Below, in pieces: positions 41,049-52,091 of a DNA stretch of 64,000 nucleotides. The notes below the pieces were generated by a model, which was not told the DNA's origin, made no database searches, and saw only the letters and a program-made list of their open reading frames with translations. Position numbers and translations under genes: made by a program. The DNA is from Leucoraja ocellata (Eukaryota): positions 806,001 through 870,000 of the forward strand of contig JAWMAR010000567.1 in assembly GCA_036785375.1 (NCBI GenBank), read 5' to 3'. Within the stretch, counting starts at the first letter, position 1, and every line of letters begins with the position of its first letter.

Positions 41049-41554
41049 ATTGATTTTAACCAATACTTTCTTCCCATTTTCTATCCAGGAGTAAACATTA
41101 AGATTCAGGAATCATAACCAATTAAAATGTTTTACTCTCCATCGTCCCTACACTTTCTGAAGATTTGTCAAACTTAGGCTGTAAATGTCAACTAAAAAAT
41201 AAAGAATTTGAGAAGCAGATTAATATACCGTGCTATTGTTGAAATGTGTAACGTATGAAGTTGGTTTAAATCAGGTGCCAACATATATATTTTATAATAA
41301 GCATAGGGAGTAGACCCTTGTCCGGATTTTAAGGGATATTACTAGTTAAAATGTTACAAAGATGATTGAGCAGAAGAAAGCAGAAGAGCAGCAGTTACTA
41401 ATATCTTTCATTCATTTGTTCATACATCTCTCTACATTATCGTCTATATCTCTTGTTTCCCTTTCCCCTGACTCTCAGTATGAAGAAGGTTCTCGACCCG
41501 AAATGTCACCCTTCCCTTCTCTCCAGAGATGCTGCCCGTCCCACTGAGTAATTC

Positions 41555-42030
41555 AAGCTGTTGTTCATTGACTACAGCTCAGTGTGCAACACCAGCATTC
41601 CCTCTACACTGACCATCAAACGCAGAGATGGCTCAGCAACTGCCATCCTCATTAGCAGACCGCAATCAGTACAAATTGGCAACAACACTTCCTCCTGGAT
41701 AACCATCAGCTAGGAGTATCTCAAGGCTCTACTCTCTACACCTATGAACGTCTGGCCAGATACCGTTCCACGCCGCATTCAAATCCCACCGTTGTTGGAC
41801 GAGTAATGGGTAACGACGAGACAGAGTATCGGATGGAGAATGAAAACATGATTGAATGGTGTCAGAATAGCAATCTTACTCTCAACATCAACAAGACCAA
41901 GAAGCGGATTGTTGACCAGAACAGGAAACCTGAGAATCCACAAATCAATCTGCATCGATCGGGCAGGATGGAGAGAGTCAATGGGCCTGCTCATCTCTGA
42001 AGGTCTGACCTAAGCCCAGCACATTGATGC
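41555..42030 (+). mobile_element. Degenerate Rex1/Babar-like LINE RT fragment
   Basis: LFIDYSS.. remnant and NDETEYR...WCQNSNLTLNINKTK. Similar minus-strand remnants at about 45050-45640 and 62200-62390. Confidence 0.6.
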
Positions 42031-42131
42031 AAGTACAAGGGGTGGGGAGTGGCAAGGAGAACATGGCTGGTGGGTGTTGTCATGGACACCGCTGCTTTCC
42101 CCCCCCCCCCCTTCCCGTCCATCACTCACTC

Positions 42132-42295
42132 CCCGGTGACGTGGCTCCTCCCGGTGACGTGGCTCCTCCCGGTGACGTGACTCCACCCGGTGACGTGGCT
42201 CCACCCGGTGACGTGGCTCCACCCGGTGACGTGGCTCCACCCGGTGACGTGGCTCCACCCGGTGACGTGGCTCCACCCGGTGACGTGACGTGGCG
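42132..42295 (+). repeat. 18-bp minisatellite (CCCGGTGACGTGGCTCCW) x about 9, forming a tandem UPRE array
   Basis: TGACGTG(G/A) starts at 42137, 42155, 42173, 42191, 42209, 42227, 42245, 42263 and 42281, plus an overlapping copy at 42286. Confidence 0.95.
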
Positions 42296-42350
42296 GGAGC
42301 CGGTCTGCGCTGAGCTGTACTTCCTGTCAGTGACGTCAGCCGGTGACGAG
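42132..42350 (+). promoter_or_regulatory. SEC23B: SEC23B CpG-rich proximal promoter: UPRE array, ETS site (ACTTCCTGT, 42319-42327), full CRE (TGACGTCA, 42331-42338)
   Basis: CpG-rich, non-TE segment about 6 kb upstream of the first coding exon, followed directly by splice donors. Motifs were read from the sequence. Confidence 0.78.
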
Positions 42351-42382
42351 GCAGAGGCAGAGGCAGCGCCGGCGCGGGGCAG
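42325..42382 (+). other. SEC23B: SEC23B non-coding exon 1 (start approximate)
   Basis: Donor GCAG|GTAGGC at 42382/42383, with an alternative donor GCAG|GTAACC at 42477/42478. In human SEC23B the ATG is in exon 2. Confidence 0.65.
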
Positions 42383-42484
42383 GTAGGCGACCCCGTCCCT
42401 CAATCTCCCCCCGTCTCCCTCCTCCCCGGCAACTCTCCCCATCCCCTCCCTGGGACCCCGGCGCCGGCACGGGGCAGGTAACCG

Positions 42485-43252
42485 CCCCCCCACCTCCGCT
42501 CCATACTCCTCCCCCCCCTCTTCACCCCCCTCTACCCCTCCCCTATACTCCCCCCCCCCCTCTTCCCCATCCCCCTCTCTATCCCCCCCCTCCATCCCCC
42601 TCTTCACCCCCTCCATCCCCCTCTTCACCCCCTCCATCCCCTCTTCCCCATCCCCCTCTCTATCCCCCCCCTCCATCCCCTCTTCTCCCCCCTCCATCCC
42701 CCTCTTCACCCCCTCCATCCCCTCTTCCCCATCCCCCTCTCTACCCCCCCCCTCCATCCCCTCTTCACCCCCTCCATCCCCTCTTCTCCCCCCTCCATCC
42801 CCTCTTCACCCCCTCCATCCCCTCTTCTCCCCCCTCCATCCCCTCTTCTCCCCCCTCCATCCCCCTCTTCACCCCCTCCATCCCCTCTTCCCCATCCCCC
42901 TCTCTACCCCCCCCTCCATCCCCTCTTCACCCCCTCCATCCCCTCTTCTCCCCCCTCCATCCCCCTCTTCACCCCCTCCATCCCCTCTTCACCCCCTCCA
43001 TCCCTCTTCCCCATCCCCCTCTCTACCCCCCCCCTCCATCCCCTCTTCACCCCCTCCATCCCCTCTTCTCCCCCCTCCATCCCCTCTTCACCCCCTCCAT
43101 CCCCTCTTCTCCCCCCTCCATCCCCTCTTCTCCCCCCTCCATCCCCTCTTCTCCCCCCTCCATCCCCTCTTCTCCCCCCTCCATCCCCTCTTCTATCGCC
43201 CTCTACCCCCCCCCATCCCCTCTTCTCCCATCTTTACCCCCCCCCCCCTCTC
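42485..43252. repeat. C-rich pyrimidine-biased low-complexity minisatellite (CCCCCTCCATCCCCTCTTCW-type units)
   Basis: About 750 nt with almost no G on the + strand, built from repeated CCCCCTCCAT / CCCCTCTTC blocks. Confidence 0.92.
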
Positions 43253-45829
43253 AATGAGCAAGTGTACTTGAGTACATATAAAAGCTGTATATTGATGAAG
43301 TGTACAGTGAAGAAAGACAACTGCGATGAATTGAATGATACAGTTCTTTACCTTCGCTTCAGTTAGGATGATGCCAATGAATGATCTTGAAAGTAACAGA
43401 GGGTGTCTCTGGGAGTGTATTCCAGAAGTAACAAAAATAGGGATAAGAGATGAACTCGTATTGTTTTGAAGATTGATCTCAGTTTTGGTAGTCAGTTTGG
43501 TCAAGATGACAACATTGTAAATTGTTGTGGTTCAGCCAGTGGTGGTGAATTAGTCCATGCAAATAATTGCTGTAAGGCACCCAGCGTCTGTTCAGTTCAA
43601 TTTATCTTGGCCTGATTTTGTAGTCATATTTATGTGGCCAACTTCAAATGAGTGTCGGATTAATGGTGACCCAAATCCCCACCCCCAGACACCCTCCCTC
43701 CCGTCTGGCCCAGGGTATTGATATGGGGGGCTCATTGTGGTTAGATTCTTTCTAGTTGGAAATTGTTGTCAGTTGTCCTTCACAACTTGTCCATCCATGC
43801 GTGAATGTTATCTAGGTCTTGGGTATATAAGTATGCTGAGCAGTTGTGAATGGAATTGAACAGTGCACAGTCTGTGACAAACAACCCCACCTCTCATCTT
43901 ATAATGGAAGGAAGAGTGTTGATGAAATAGCTGGTGATGGTTGAGCAAGGGGCACTGCACTGAAGGAATCCTGTCCTCTGGTGGAATGGTTGACATTTTT
44001 CCAACTGCAGCCATTACCCTTTGTTCACTGTATGACCCCAAACATTGAATGATGATCATTAATGTCAGTTTCACCAGCGCTACTTGAAGCTGCACTCAGT
44101 CAAAATTTACCTTAATGATGAGAGTCTCTCTCGTTTTGCTTCTGGAATTCACTTCTTTGATCCAGACATGAACTAAAGGATGTAATAAGTTCTGGAGCCA
44201 CGTAGTCCTACAAAAGCAAGTACAAGGAACTGCAAATGCTTGTTTACAAAAAAAGACCCACAGTGCTAGAGTAACTCAGCAGGTCTGAAGAAGTGTCCTG
44301 ACCCAAACCATCACCTATTTAGAAAGGCAGTGTCCAGATCTGCTGCCTGATCAGCTGAGTTACTCCTGCACTTTGTCTTTTTTTACCTGTGAAATGAAGA
44401 CTGGGTAATGGTGAGCAGGAAATCCTGCTTGGACCCTGTCAATCGCACCATCTATCACATTGCTGGGTAGACTGAGCAGACAATAAATAGATTTGGATTT
44501 GTCCTGTGTTTTATTCATAGAATATCTCTGGGTAGTTTTCCACATGGTCAGGTACATGTTGTAATTGTAGTGGAGCAGCTTGGCTAGAATTGCAGCTAAT
44601 TTGGAGCACAGATTGTCAATGTTAACAGTGGGAATCTCATCTGATTTCATAGCACAGGATACACCAAAGAGCTTGTCTCTAGTACTCTGACTGTGCCCTA
44701 CCGTCATGGAGGATACAAGGTGTCTTAGAATGATGGAATCGTAAAGCTATACGACATCAAAGTGGACCTTTCAGGTCAACTCATCCATGCCGACCAAGCA
44801 GCCCAACTGAACGAATTCCACTTGCCCATATCACTACAAATCATTTATATCTATGTACCTGTCCAAGTGTCTATTAAATGTCATAATTAAACCACTGCTA
44901 TCTCTTCCTATGGTAGCTCGTTCTATGTATGCGCCGCCCTCTGTGTGAAAATGTTGCCCCTGAGGTCCTTTATAGATATTTTTCCTCTCATTGTTAAAAC
45001 TATGCCGTCATGGACCCACCATCTCCCATTAGCTGTTTAATTCTCCACCATCATTGATGATCAGATGTGGTATGATAGTGGAGCTTTGGCCTGATCTGTT
45101 GGTTGTAAGATTTGAATTGCCAAAGCAGGTCATAATGCAGCCAGTCTGCCTGCTCTCTACTGTGCACCTGCATGAGTTTGATGGAGTGTCGCCAGCATAC
45201 TATCGGTAATCTTCAATCTTCTAAGGAAGTAGGGGCATTGATGAGGTTACTCAGGTGCCGAAGGTCCATTTCATCCTCCAATTTAGACCTAAAATGTCTC
45301 CTCTTTTTTCTAATGGCCTTATCCAGGTCGTACCTGGACTTCCTATGTGATACTGTATCACCAGGTTTCAATGCCCGACGCATGGGCCACAGCAGACATC
45401 CTGGTTCATCTGCTTCTGGTTAGGGGACACACAGATGGTCTTGGTGGGAACACTCTCCACCACACATTCAACCATGACGTATTCGTTCAGCTCTGTTGCT
45501 GAATCCTGGATAATTGCCCAGTTTACTGACACAAAACAGTCGATGAGTTGTTCCTCTGCTTTCCCTGATATGCTCTGTGCAATCCTCACCACTGGAGCTG
45601 CGTTCTGAAGCCGCTGCCTATACGCAGTAAGGAACGGCGCCTGTATTTGCAACGCAACCTGCTGTTTACTTTCCCCATCCAGTTTCATTTGCCCTCGATT
45701 CCCCCATGTAATGTATGCAGCAAGCATGTTTACTTGGATCAACACAGTCTCAATCGCTACGTGGCACAATCTCAACTACTTCAGTGTAAATAATTTTTTT
45801 CCAAATGTATTTTCTGCTGGTGGTAACAT

Positions 45830-46546
45830 TGTGACGTTTTGGGGCGAGACCCTTCTTCAGACTGAGAGTCAGGGGAAAGGGCAACGAGAGATATAGATGG
45901 TACTTCAAACATATTAATGGAAAATATGCTGAAAGCAACGGTGATCAAAAAAACATCGAACTCACGACGGTCAATTGTTTTACTGTCATCCTGTTGAGCT
46001 CCACTGTCTATATAACGGTGTAACTCGGCAGGAGACAGTAAAACTAGGGTGGGGGAGGGATGGAGAGAGAGGGAATGCAAGTGTTATAGTTGGTTAGAGA
46101 AATCAACCGCTGGGTTGTAAGCTGCCCAAGCAAAATATGAGGTGCTGTTCCTCCAATTTGTGTTTGGCCTCACACTGACAATGGAGGAGGCCCAGGACGA
46201 AGAGGTCAGTGTGATAATGGGGAGGGGAGTTAAAGTGTTTGGCAACCAGGAGATCACATACGCCGAGGCAGACCCCGTTCCTCCCCTCCCCTAGTCGTCA
46301 AACCAGTTTTACTGCCCTCCTAGGTACACAAAATTGCTGGAGAAACTCAGCGGGTGCAGCAGCATCTATGGAGCGGAGGAAATAGGCGACGTTTCGAGCC
46401 GAAACCCTTCTTCAGACTGATGGGGAGTGGGGGGAGAAGGGGGGAAAAGTGGAGGAGGAGGAGGAGCCCGAGGGCGGGCGGGTAGGAGGGTGGGAGGAGA
46501 CAGCTAGAGGGTTAAGGAAGGGGAGGAGACAGCAAGGGCTAGCAAA
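45830..46546 (-). mobile_element. Two adjacent Penelope-derived 3' fragments with hammerhead repeats
   Basis: Endonuclease C-terminal remnant at 46100-46260; hammerhead-like cores at about 45833-45860 and 46388-46415. Confidence 0.72.
46388..46415 (-). ncRNA. Minimal type I hammerhead ribozyme motif (intact core)
   Basis: Minus strand reads gt-CTGAAGA-A-GGGT TTCG GCTC-GAAAC-GTC-gcc. Confidence 0.62.
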
Positions 46547-46715
46547 ATACCTCCTCGTAAAGTCCCGGCTCTGGAACTCTTTATCCAGAACTGCCGCCGC
46601 GACGGTAACCGCCTCAACTTCTCCACTCCCTTGTCTCACTCTAATCTTTCCCCCTCTGCAGCCACATTTAATGTCCTCCTGTTGAGTTCCACTGTCTGTA
46701 AAACTTGTTATCACT

Positions 46716-47100
46716 GGAATTTGGAAAGATGAGAGGGGATCTTATAGAAACATATAAAATTCTTAAAGGATTGGACAGGCTAGATGGAGGAAAAATGTTC
46801 CTGATGTTGGTGGAGTCCAGTACCAGGGGTCACAGTTTAAGAATTAGGGGTCTTTATTAGGACTGAGATGAGGAAAAACATTTTCAGCCAGAGTTGTGAA
46901 TCTGTGGAATTCTCTGCCACACAAGGCAGTGGAAGCCAATTCACTGGATGTTTTCAAGTGTGTTTGATTTAACTCTTAGGGTGAAAGGAATTGAGGGATA
47001 TGGGGAATAAACAGGAACAGGGTACTGATTCTGGATGATCAGCCATGGTCACATTGAATGACGGGGCTGGCTCGAAGGGCCTACACCTATTTTTTATGTT
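46716..47100 (+). mobile_element. Older CR1 3' fragment
   Basis: MRGDLIETYKILKGLDRLD remnant plus the CR1 3' UTR. Confidence 0.8.
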
Positions 47101-47197
47101 ATCACCTATCACACTGCCAACAATGGATCATTGTGGACTCCACATTTCCTTGATTATCATTGCTTTCTGCATATCTACCATTCATTTGTGCTAAGTA

Positions 47198-48163
47198 CAG
47201 GTGCACAACCTTTTATCCGGTGTTCCGGAAACCGAAAAACTCCGAAAACCAGCCATTTTTTCCAGATGTCGTCTGCGCACCAAAGCTCGCGTTTGGCGCC
47301 AAACTTGACCCGAAACGACCCACGGTCAACCCAGGTCTGTACTACTGTAGCGGCTGCCTCCTCCCCGGAGACCGGGAGACGCTTAAACATCTGTAAATCA
47401 TTGCTTAAATGTTAGTCAGTTAGTTTGGAGGGCTTTTATGTGAAGGGGGGGTGAAGGGGTAAACTTTAATTCTTAGTCCCCTACCTGGTCGGAGAGGCGG
47501 GGAGCGGTCAATGCCTTACCGGGTCGCCGTGCAGTAAGCTCCGCAGCGCTGTGGCCGGTGGGGCAGCGGGCGGCGCCGGTTATAGCTCCGACCCCGGCAA
47601 CTCTACCCCTGGCTGCGAGGCGCTCCAAATCCAGCGCGGCCCGCGGCCTGATGCCCCAGCTCCGTGAATGTCGGGAGTCAGCGGCGTCGCAGCGCTGGGA
47701 TACCAGCTGGGAGCGGGCAATGCCTTACCGGGTTGCCGTGCGCTAAGCTCCGGAGCGCTGTGGCCGCCGACCCAACGTTCGCGGAGCGGCGCTGGATTTG
47801 GAGCCGCGCAGCCAGGGGTAGAGTTGCCGGGGTCGGAGCTCCAACCGGCGCCGCCCGCGGCCGGACGAAGCCCCCAGCTCCGCGAGGTTGGGAGTCGCCG
47901 ACCAGGTAGGGGATTAAGAATTAAAGTTTCCTCCTTCACCCCTACTCCACCACCACCACATAAAATCTCTCCAAACTAACTGACTAACATTTATGCAATG
48001 ATTGTCCCGGTCTCCGGGGAGGAGGCAGCTGCTCCAGACTTTTCAAGCCGCCCGCTCTACCTACCTAATCTACGCTAAAAATCTTCCATTCGGAAATCCG
48101 AAAATGTCCGAAATCCGACAAGTGTCTGGTCCCAAGGCTTTCGGATAAAAGGTTGTGCACCTG
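47198..48163. mobile_element. Tc1/mariner (pogo/Tigger-like) non-autonomous element, CpG-rich and fold-back
   Basis: Perfect 22-bp TIRs CAGGTGCACAACCTTTTATCCG, TA TSD, nested internal inverted repeats; it splits an older Penelope-derived repeat. Confidence 0.9.
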
Positions 48164-48379
48164 TACCATCTATATCTCTCGTTTCACTTTCACTTTCGGC
48201 TCAGTTTCAAGAAGGGTCTCGACCCAAAACATTACCTATTTTCTCCGGAGATTCTGCATGACCCGCTGTTACTCCTGCTTTTTGTATCTATCTTCGGCTT
48301 AAACCAGCATCTGCAGTTCCTTCCTTTGTCTTCATGAGAAACCTAGTTTTAATATAAAAATGCAAATGGAAATGTTTAA

Positions 48380-48688
<309 letters not shown>

Positions 48689-48874
48689 TAGGATATCTAC
48701 ATTTCATTGTATCCTAAAGACGAAATGTCCAGCTGTAATATGAAACCATTCTAACTTCTTCTCTGGAATTTTAGAAACTAAAAGATTACATTTAAAGTAC
48801 ATTCAGTTCTATGCACCAGGTACTGCTGGTAAAGTAATGGCAATAGTTTGAATTGGTAATGTTTCATTGTAAAG

Positions 48875-50765
48875 AACACAAAAAGCTGGAGTAACTCAGC
48901 GGGTCAGGCAGCATCTCTGGAGAGAAGGAATGGGTGACGTTTCGGGTCAAGACCCTTCTTCAGACAAGGTGGAAAGGGATGGCAGGGGGGAGGAGAAGAG
49001 TGGGATAGTGGGAGAATGGGTGCACACTGGGGTTGGGAAAGGGAAAGGAAAGAAGGCAAAGGGTGGGGTGTTACCTAAACTTGGGGAATTCAATGTTCAT
49101 ACTGTTGGGTTGTGAGCTACCCGAGCGGAATATGCGGTTGCAGGGAGAAGTACTTGTGGAGGGGGCAGTTTGTGTAGAAAGGGATGAGTGAACCAAGGAG
49201 TTGCAGAGGGAGTGGTCTCCACTGGGTGCGGATGGGAAGATGTGGCTAGTGATGGGATTAAGTTGAAGGTGGCAGAAATGTCTGAGAATGATGTGTTGGA
49301 TGCGGAGGGCCGTGGGGTGAATGGTATGGACTAGGGGAACTTTATCCTTGTTCCGTCTGGGTGGAGGGGGAGCAACCAGGAGATCCACCAGGCCTAGGAG
49401 GACCGTTTCAGTAAAACGGTCACCCAGTCTACGCTTGCTGTTGCCCAGGGAGCCCATCATCGGGAGCACTGCCTTCAGTAGATGATATTAGAGGAGGTTT
49501 ATGTGAATTTCTGTCTCACTTGGAAGAGCTGCTGGGGTCTCTGGTTACAGGTGAGGAAGGAGGTGTAGATCTGCAGTTGCAGGGGAAAGTACCTCGGGAG
49601 GGGCAGTTTGAGGGGGAAAAGATGTGCGGACCATTAGTTTGCAGGAGGAGTGGTTTCTACGGAAAGCAGAAAGAGTCGTGGGTGGGAAGATGTGACTAAG
49701 TGGGACCCTTCTTGAAACTGTGAGTCAAGGGAAAGTCTAGGTGGTGGTAATGTAGGAGATTGATGTCATGGATGCAGAACCTGGTGCAGTGATATGTAAA
49801 GACCAGGGGACTTGTTCAATCTAGGGGGAGGAGCTGCAGGACAGAGGTGACAGGGATGGAGGATTCATTCACAACAGTAGCGTGTAAACTACATTTACTA
49901 AAAGCAGACATCTTGGATGCCCTCGAGTGGAAAACCGCATCTTGGATGCAAATGTGACAGAGAGAGTGAGAGTGGTCGATGGTGTCCATGCATGAGGCAG
50001 GGTGGGAAGAGGTGTTGTCAAGATAGCTGGGATTCAGTGGGGTTTTAGTCGATGTCAGTTGAAAGTCTGTCCTCTCTGATGGAGAAGGAGAGATTGAGAA
50101 AGGGAAAAGATAGTTCCGTGCATTTGAGGACAAGGTGCAAGTTAGTGGGAAAGTTGTTGAAATCAGCAAGTTTTGTGCAGGAGACAGCCCCGATGCAGTC
50201 GTTGATGTCGTGGAGAAGGGGTTGTGGGGTGGTGCCAGTGCATGTTTGAAACAAGCACTGTTTGACATAACCAACAAAAAGGCAAGCATAGCTGGGGCCC
50301 ATGCGACTGCCTGCCCATGGGTACACCTTTGATTTGTAGAAAGTGAGAGGAGGAGAAGTTCTGCAAGGCAGAGGAGAGTGTTAATAGAGGGGAACAGAGC
50401 GGACTGCTGCTCAAGGAAGAACTAGAGAGTCCTGTGACCTTCCAGATAAAGATGAGAACTGTTAAAATTAAAGTTGTCAAAGTGTTGAAGATCATGTGAG
50501 GCGTGTCAGATGTAGGTCGGAAGGAAGATAGGATGGAGTCAAGGTATTTGGAGATGCGTTCGGTGGGGCAGGAGCAGGCAGAATTCAATCACTCTGCCAT
50601 TGTAGTCCTGCTTGTGGATTTATGAAAGAGACAGAAATGGGCAATATGGGGTTGGGGAACTGAGGTTTGAGGCTGTGAAGGGGAGAAAATTGCCAGAGGT
50701 GATGAGATCAGTGATGGTCTTGAAGTTGGTAGCCTGCTGCTTGTTTGTGGGTCATGGACAAGTCA
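48875..50765 (-). mobile_element. Degenerate Penelope-like retroelement (RT + GIY-YIG remnants + hammerhead-bearing terminal repeat)
   Basis: CSCPTERISKYLD, LQIKGVPMG/SRMGPSYACLFVGYV, a degenerate YIDD, and SKRRLGDRF. Hammerhead core at 48936-48963. Confidence 0.82.
48936..48963 (-). ncRNA. Minimal type I hammerhead ribozyme motif (intact core)
   Basis: Minus strand reads gt-CTGAAGA-A-GGGTC TT GACCC-GAAAC-GTC-accc: CUGANGA box, stem II, GAAA, palindromic ACGU stem III and a GUC triplet. Confidence 0.7.
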
Positions 50766-50827
50766 AGTGTTCACTATTGGACAGTATTGAAAGCAAACAG
50801 CGCTAACAGAATGAAGGCTTGCCATAA

Positions 50828-51548
50828 CGAGACCTGGGTGTCATGGTACACCAGTCATTGAAAGTAGGCATGCAGGTGCAGCAGGCAGTGAAGAAAGCGA
50901 ATGGTATGTTAGCATTCATAGCAAAAGGATTTGAGTATGAGCAGGGAGGTTCTACTGCAGTTGTACTGGGTCTTGGTGAGACCACACCTGCAGTATTGTG
51001 TACAGTTTTGGTCTCCTAATCTGAGGAAAGACATTCTTGCCATAGTAACCTGTACAGAGAAGGTTCACCAGAAATATTTCTGGGATGGCAGGACTTTCAT
51101 ATGAAGAAAGACTGGATAGACTCGGCTTGTACACGCTAGAATTTAGAAGATTGAGTGGGGATCTTATAGAATCTTACAAAATTCATAAGGGGTTGGACAG
51201 GCCAGATGCAGGAAGATTATTCCCGATGTTGGGGAAGTCCAGAACAAGGGGTCACAGTTTAAGGATAAGAGGGAAGTCTTTTAGGACCGAGATGAGAAAA
51301 TCATTGTTTACACAGATAGTGGTGAATCTGTGGAATTCTCTGCCACAGAAGGTAGTTGAGGCCAGTTAATTGGCTGGATTTAAGAGGGAGTTAGATGTGG
51401 CCCTTGTGGCTAAAGGGATCAGGGGGTATGGAGAGAAGGCAGGTACAGGATACTGAGTTGGATGATTAGCCATGACCATATTGAATGACGGTGCAGGCTC
51501 GAAGGGCCGAATGGCCTACTCCTGCACCTATTTTCTATGTTTCTATGT
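50828..51548 (+). mobile_element. CR1 3' fragment
   Basis: Same family and tail as the 27651 copy. Confidence 0.9.
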
Positions 51549-51731
51549 TACTATAAGGTCTGCTGATTCTTCAGAAGATGTACAACAGTCTGATATTTGA
51601 AGTGATTCGATTTGAGATGACAAGACTTATAAAAGAGCTTTGTTTGCAACATTTTGTTACAGACATGTGCACTCATTGGATTGAATTATTACTCTTTGCT
51701 CAGTTTATCCATTTAATCTGATCCAGTTATA

Positions 51732-52091
51732 CAGGTTGAACACCGATTTTCCGCAACCTCGGTTCCAGACTCTGGAGGGGGAGGAGGAGGGTGGGGAGGG
51801 GGCGGGGGGAAGAGCAACGGGAGAAACAGACGGCAGGTGGGGAGTGGATAAAGCCACTGCCGACAGCAAGAAACAGCCGCAGGAGGGAGTGAGGTCGAAA
51901 GCCAGGGCTCTAAACGGTCGGGGAGACGGTGGGAGCCGGGAATGGGTCAGAAAGTCGTTCCATTCCTGTTCGGTTTTCAATGCCATCTCTGGCCTCTCGG
52001 TGTTTCAACTAGTAAATTTGTCTGGATTTTAGGACGAGGGGGTTGTGGGGGGGGGAGTACATCTGTTGCCGGTTAATGGGTGTTCAACATG
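51732..52091. mobile_element. Tc1/mariner-type MITE
   Basis: TA|CAGGTTGAACAC ... GTGTTCAACATG|TA. Confidence 0.75.

Noticed and set aside
42132-42295. CRISPR-like array
   Set aside because: Head-to-tail repeats with no unique spacers, no cas genes, and a eukaryotic context.
42024-42386. ORFs with (PPGDVA)n / (VEPRHR)n / (GATSPG)n repeats
   Set aside because: These are translations of an 18-bp (multiple of 3) minisatellite that is open in several frames on both strands; promoter context explains it better.
42343-43257. 304-aa proline-rich extensin-like ORF (and the Gly/Glu-rich ORF on the minus strand)
   Set aside because: Artefact of a G-free C-rich tract that lacks stop codons; it lies in SEC23B intron 1.
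47558-47979. Overlapping GC-rich ORFs and a second CpG-island promoter
   Set aside because: They lie inside a TIR-bounded MITE; high GC content explains the open frames, and there are no transposase motifs.
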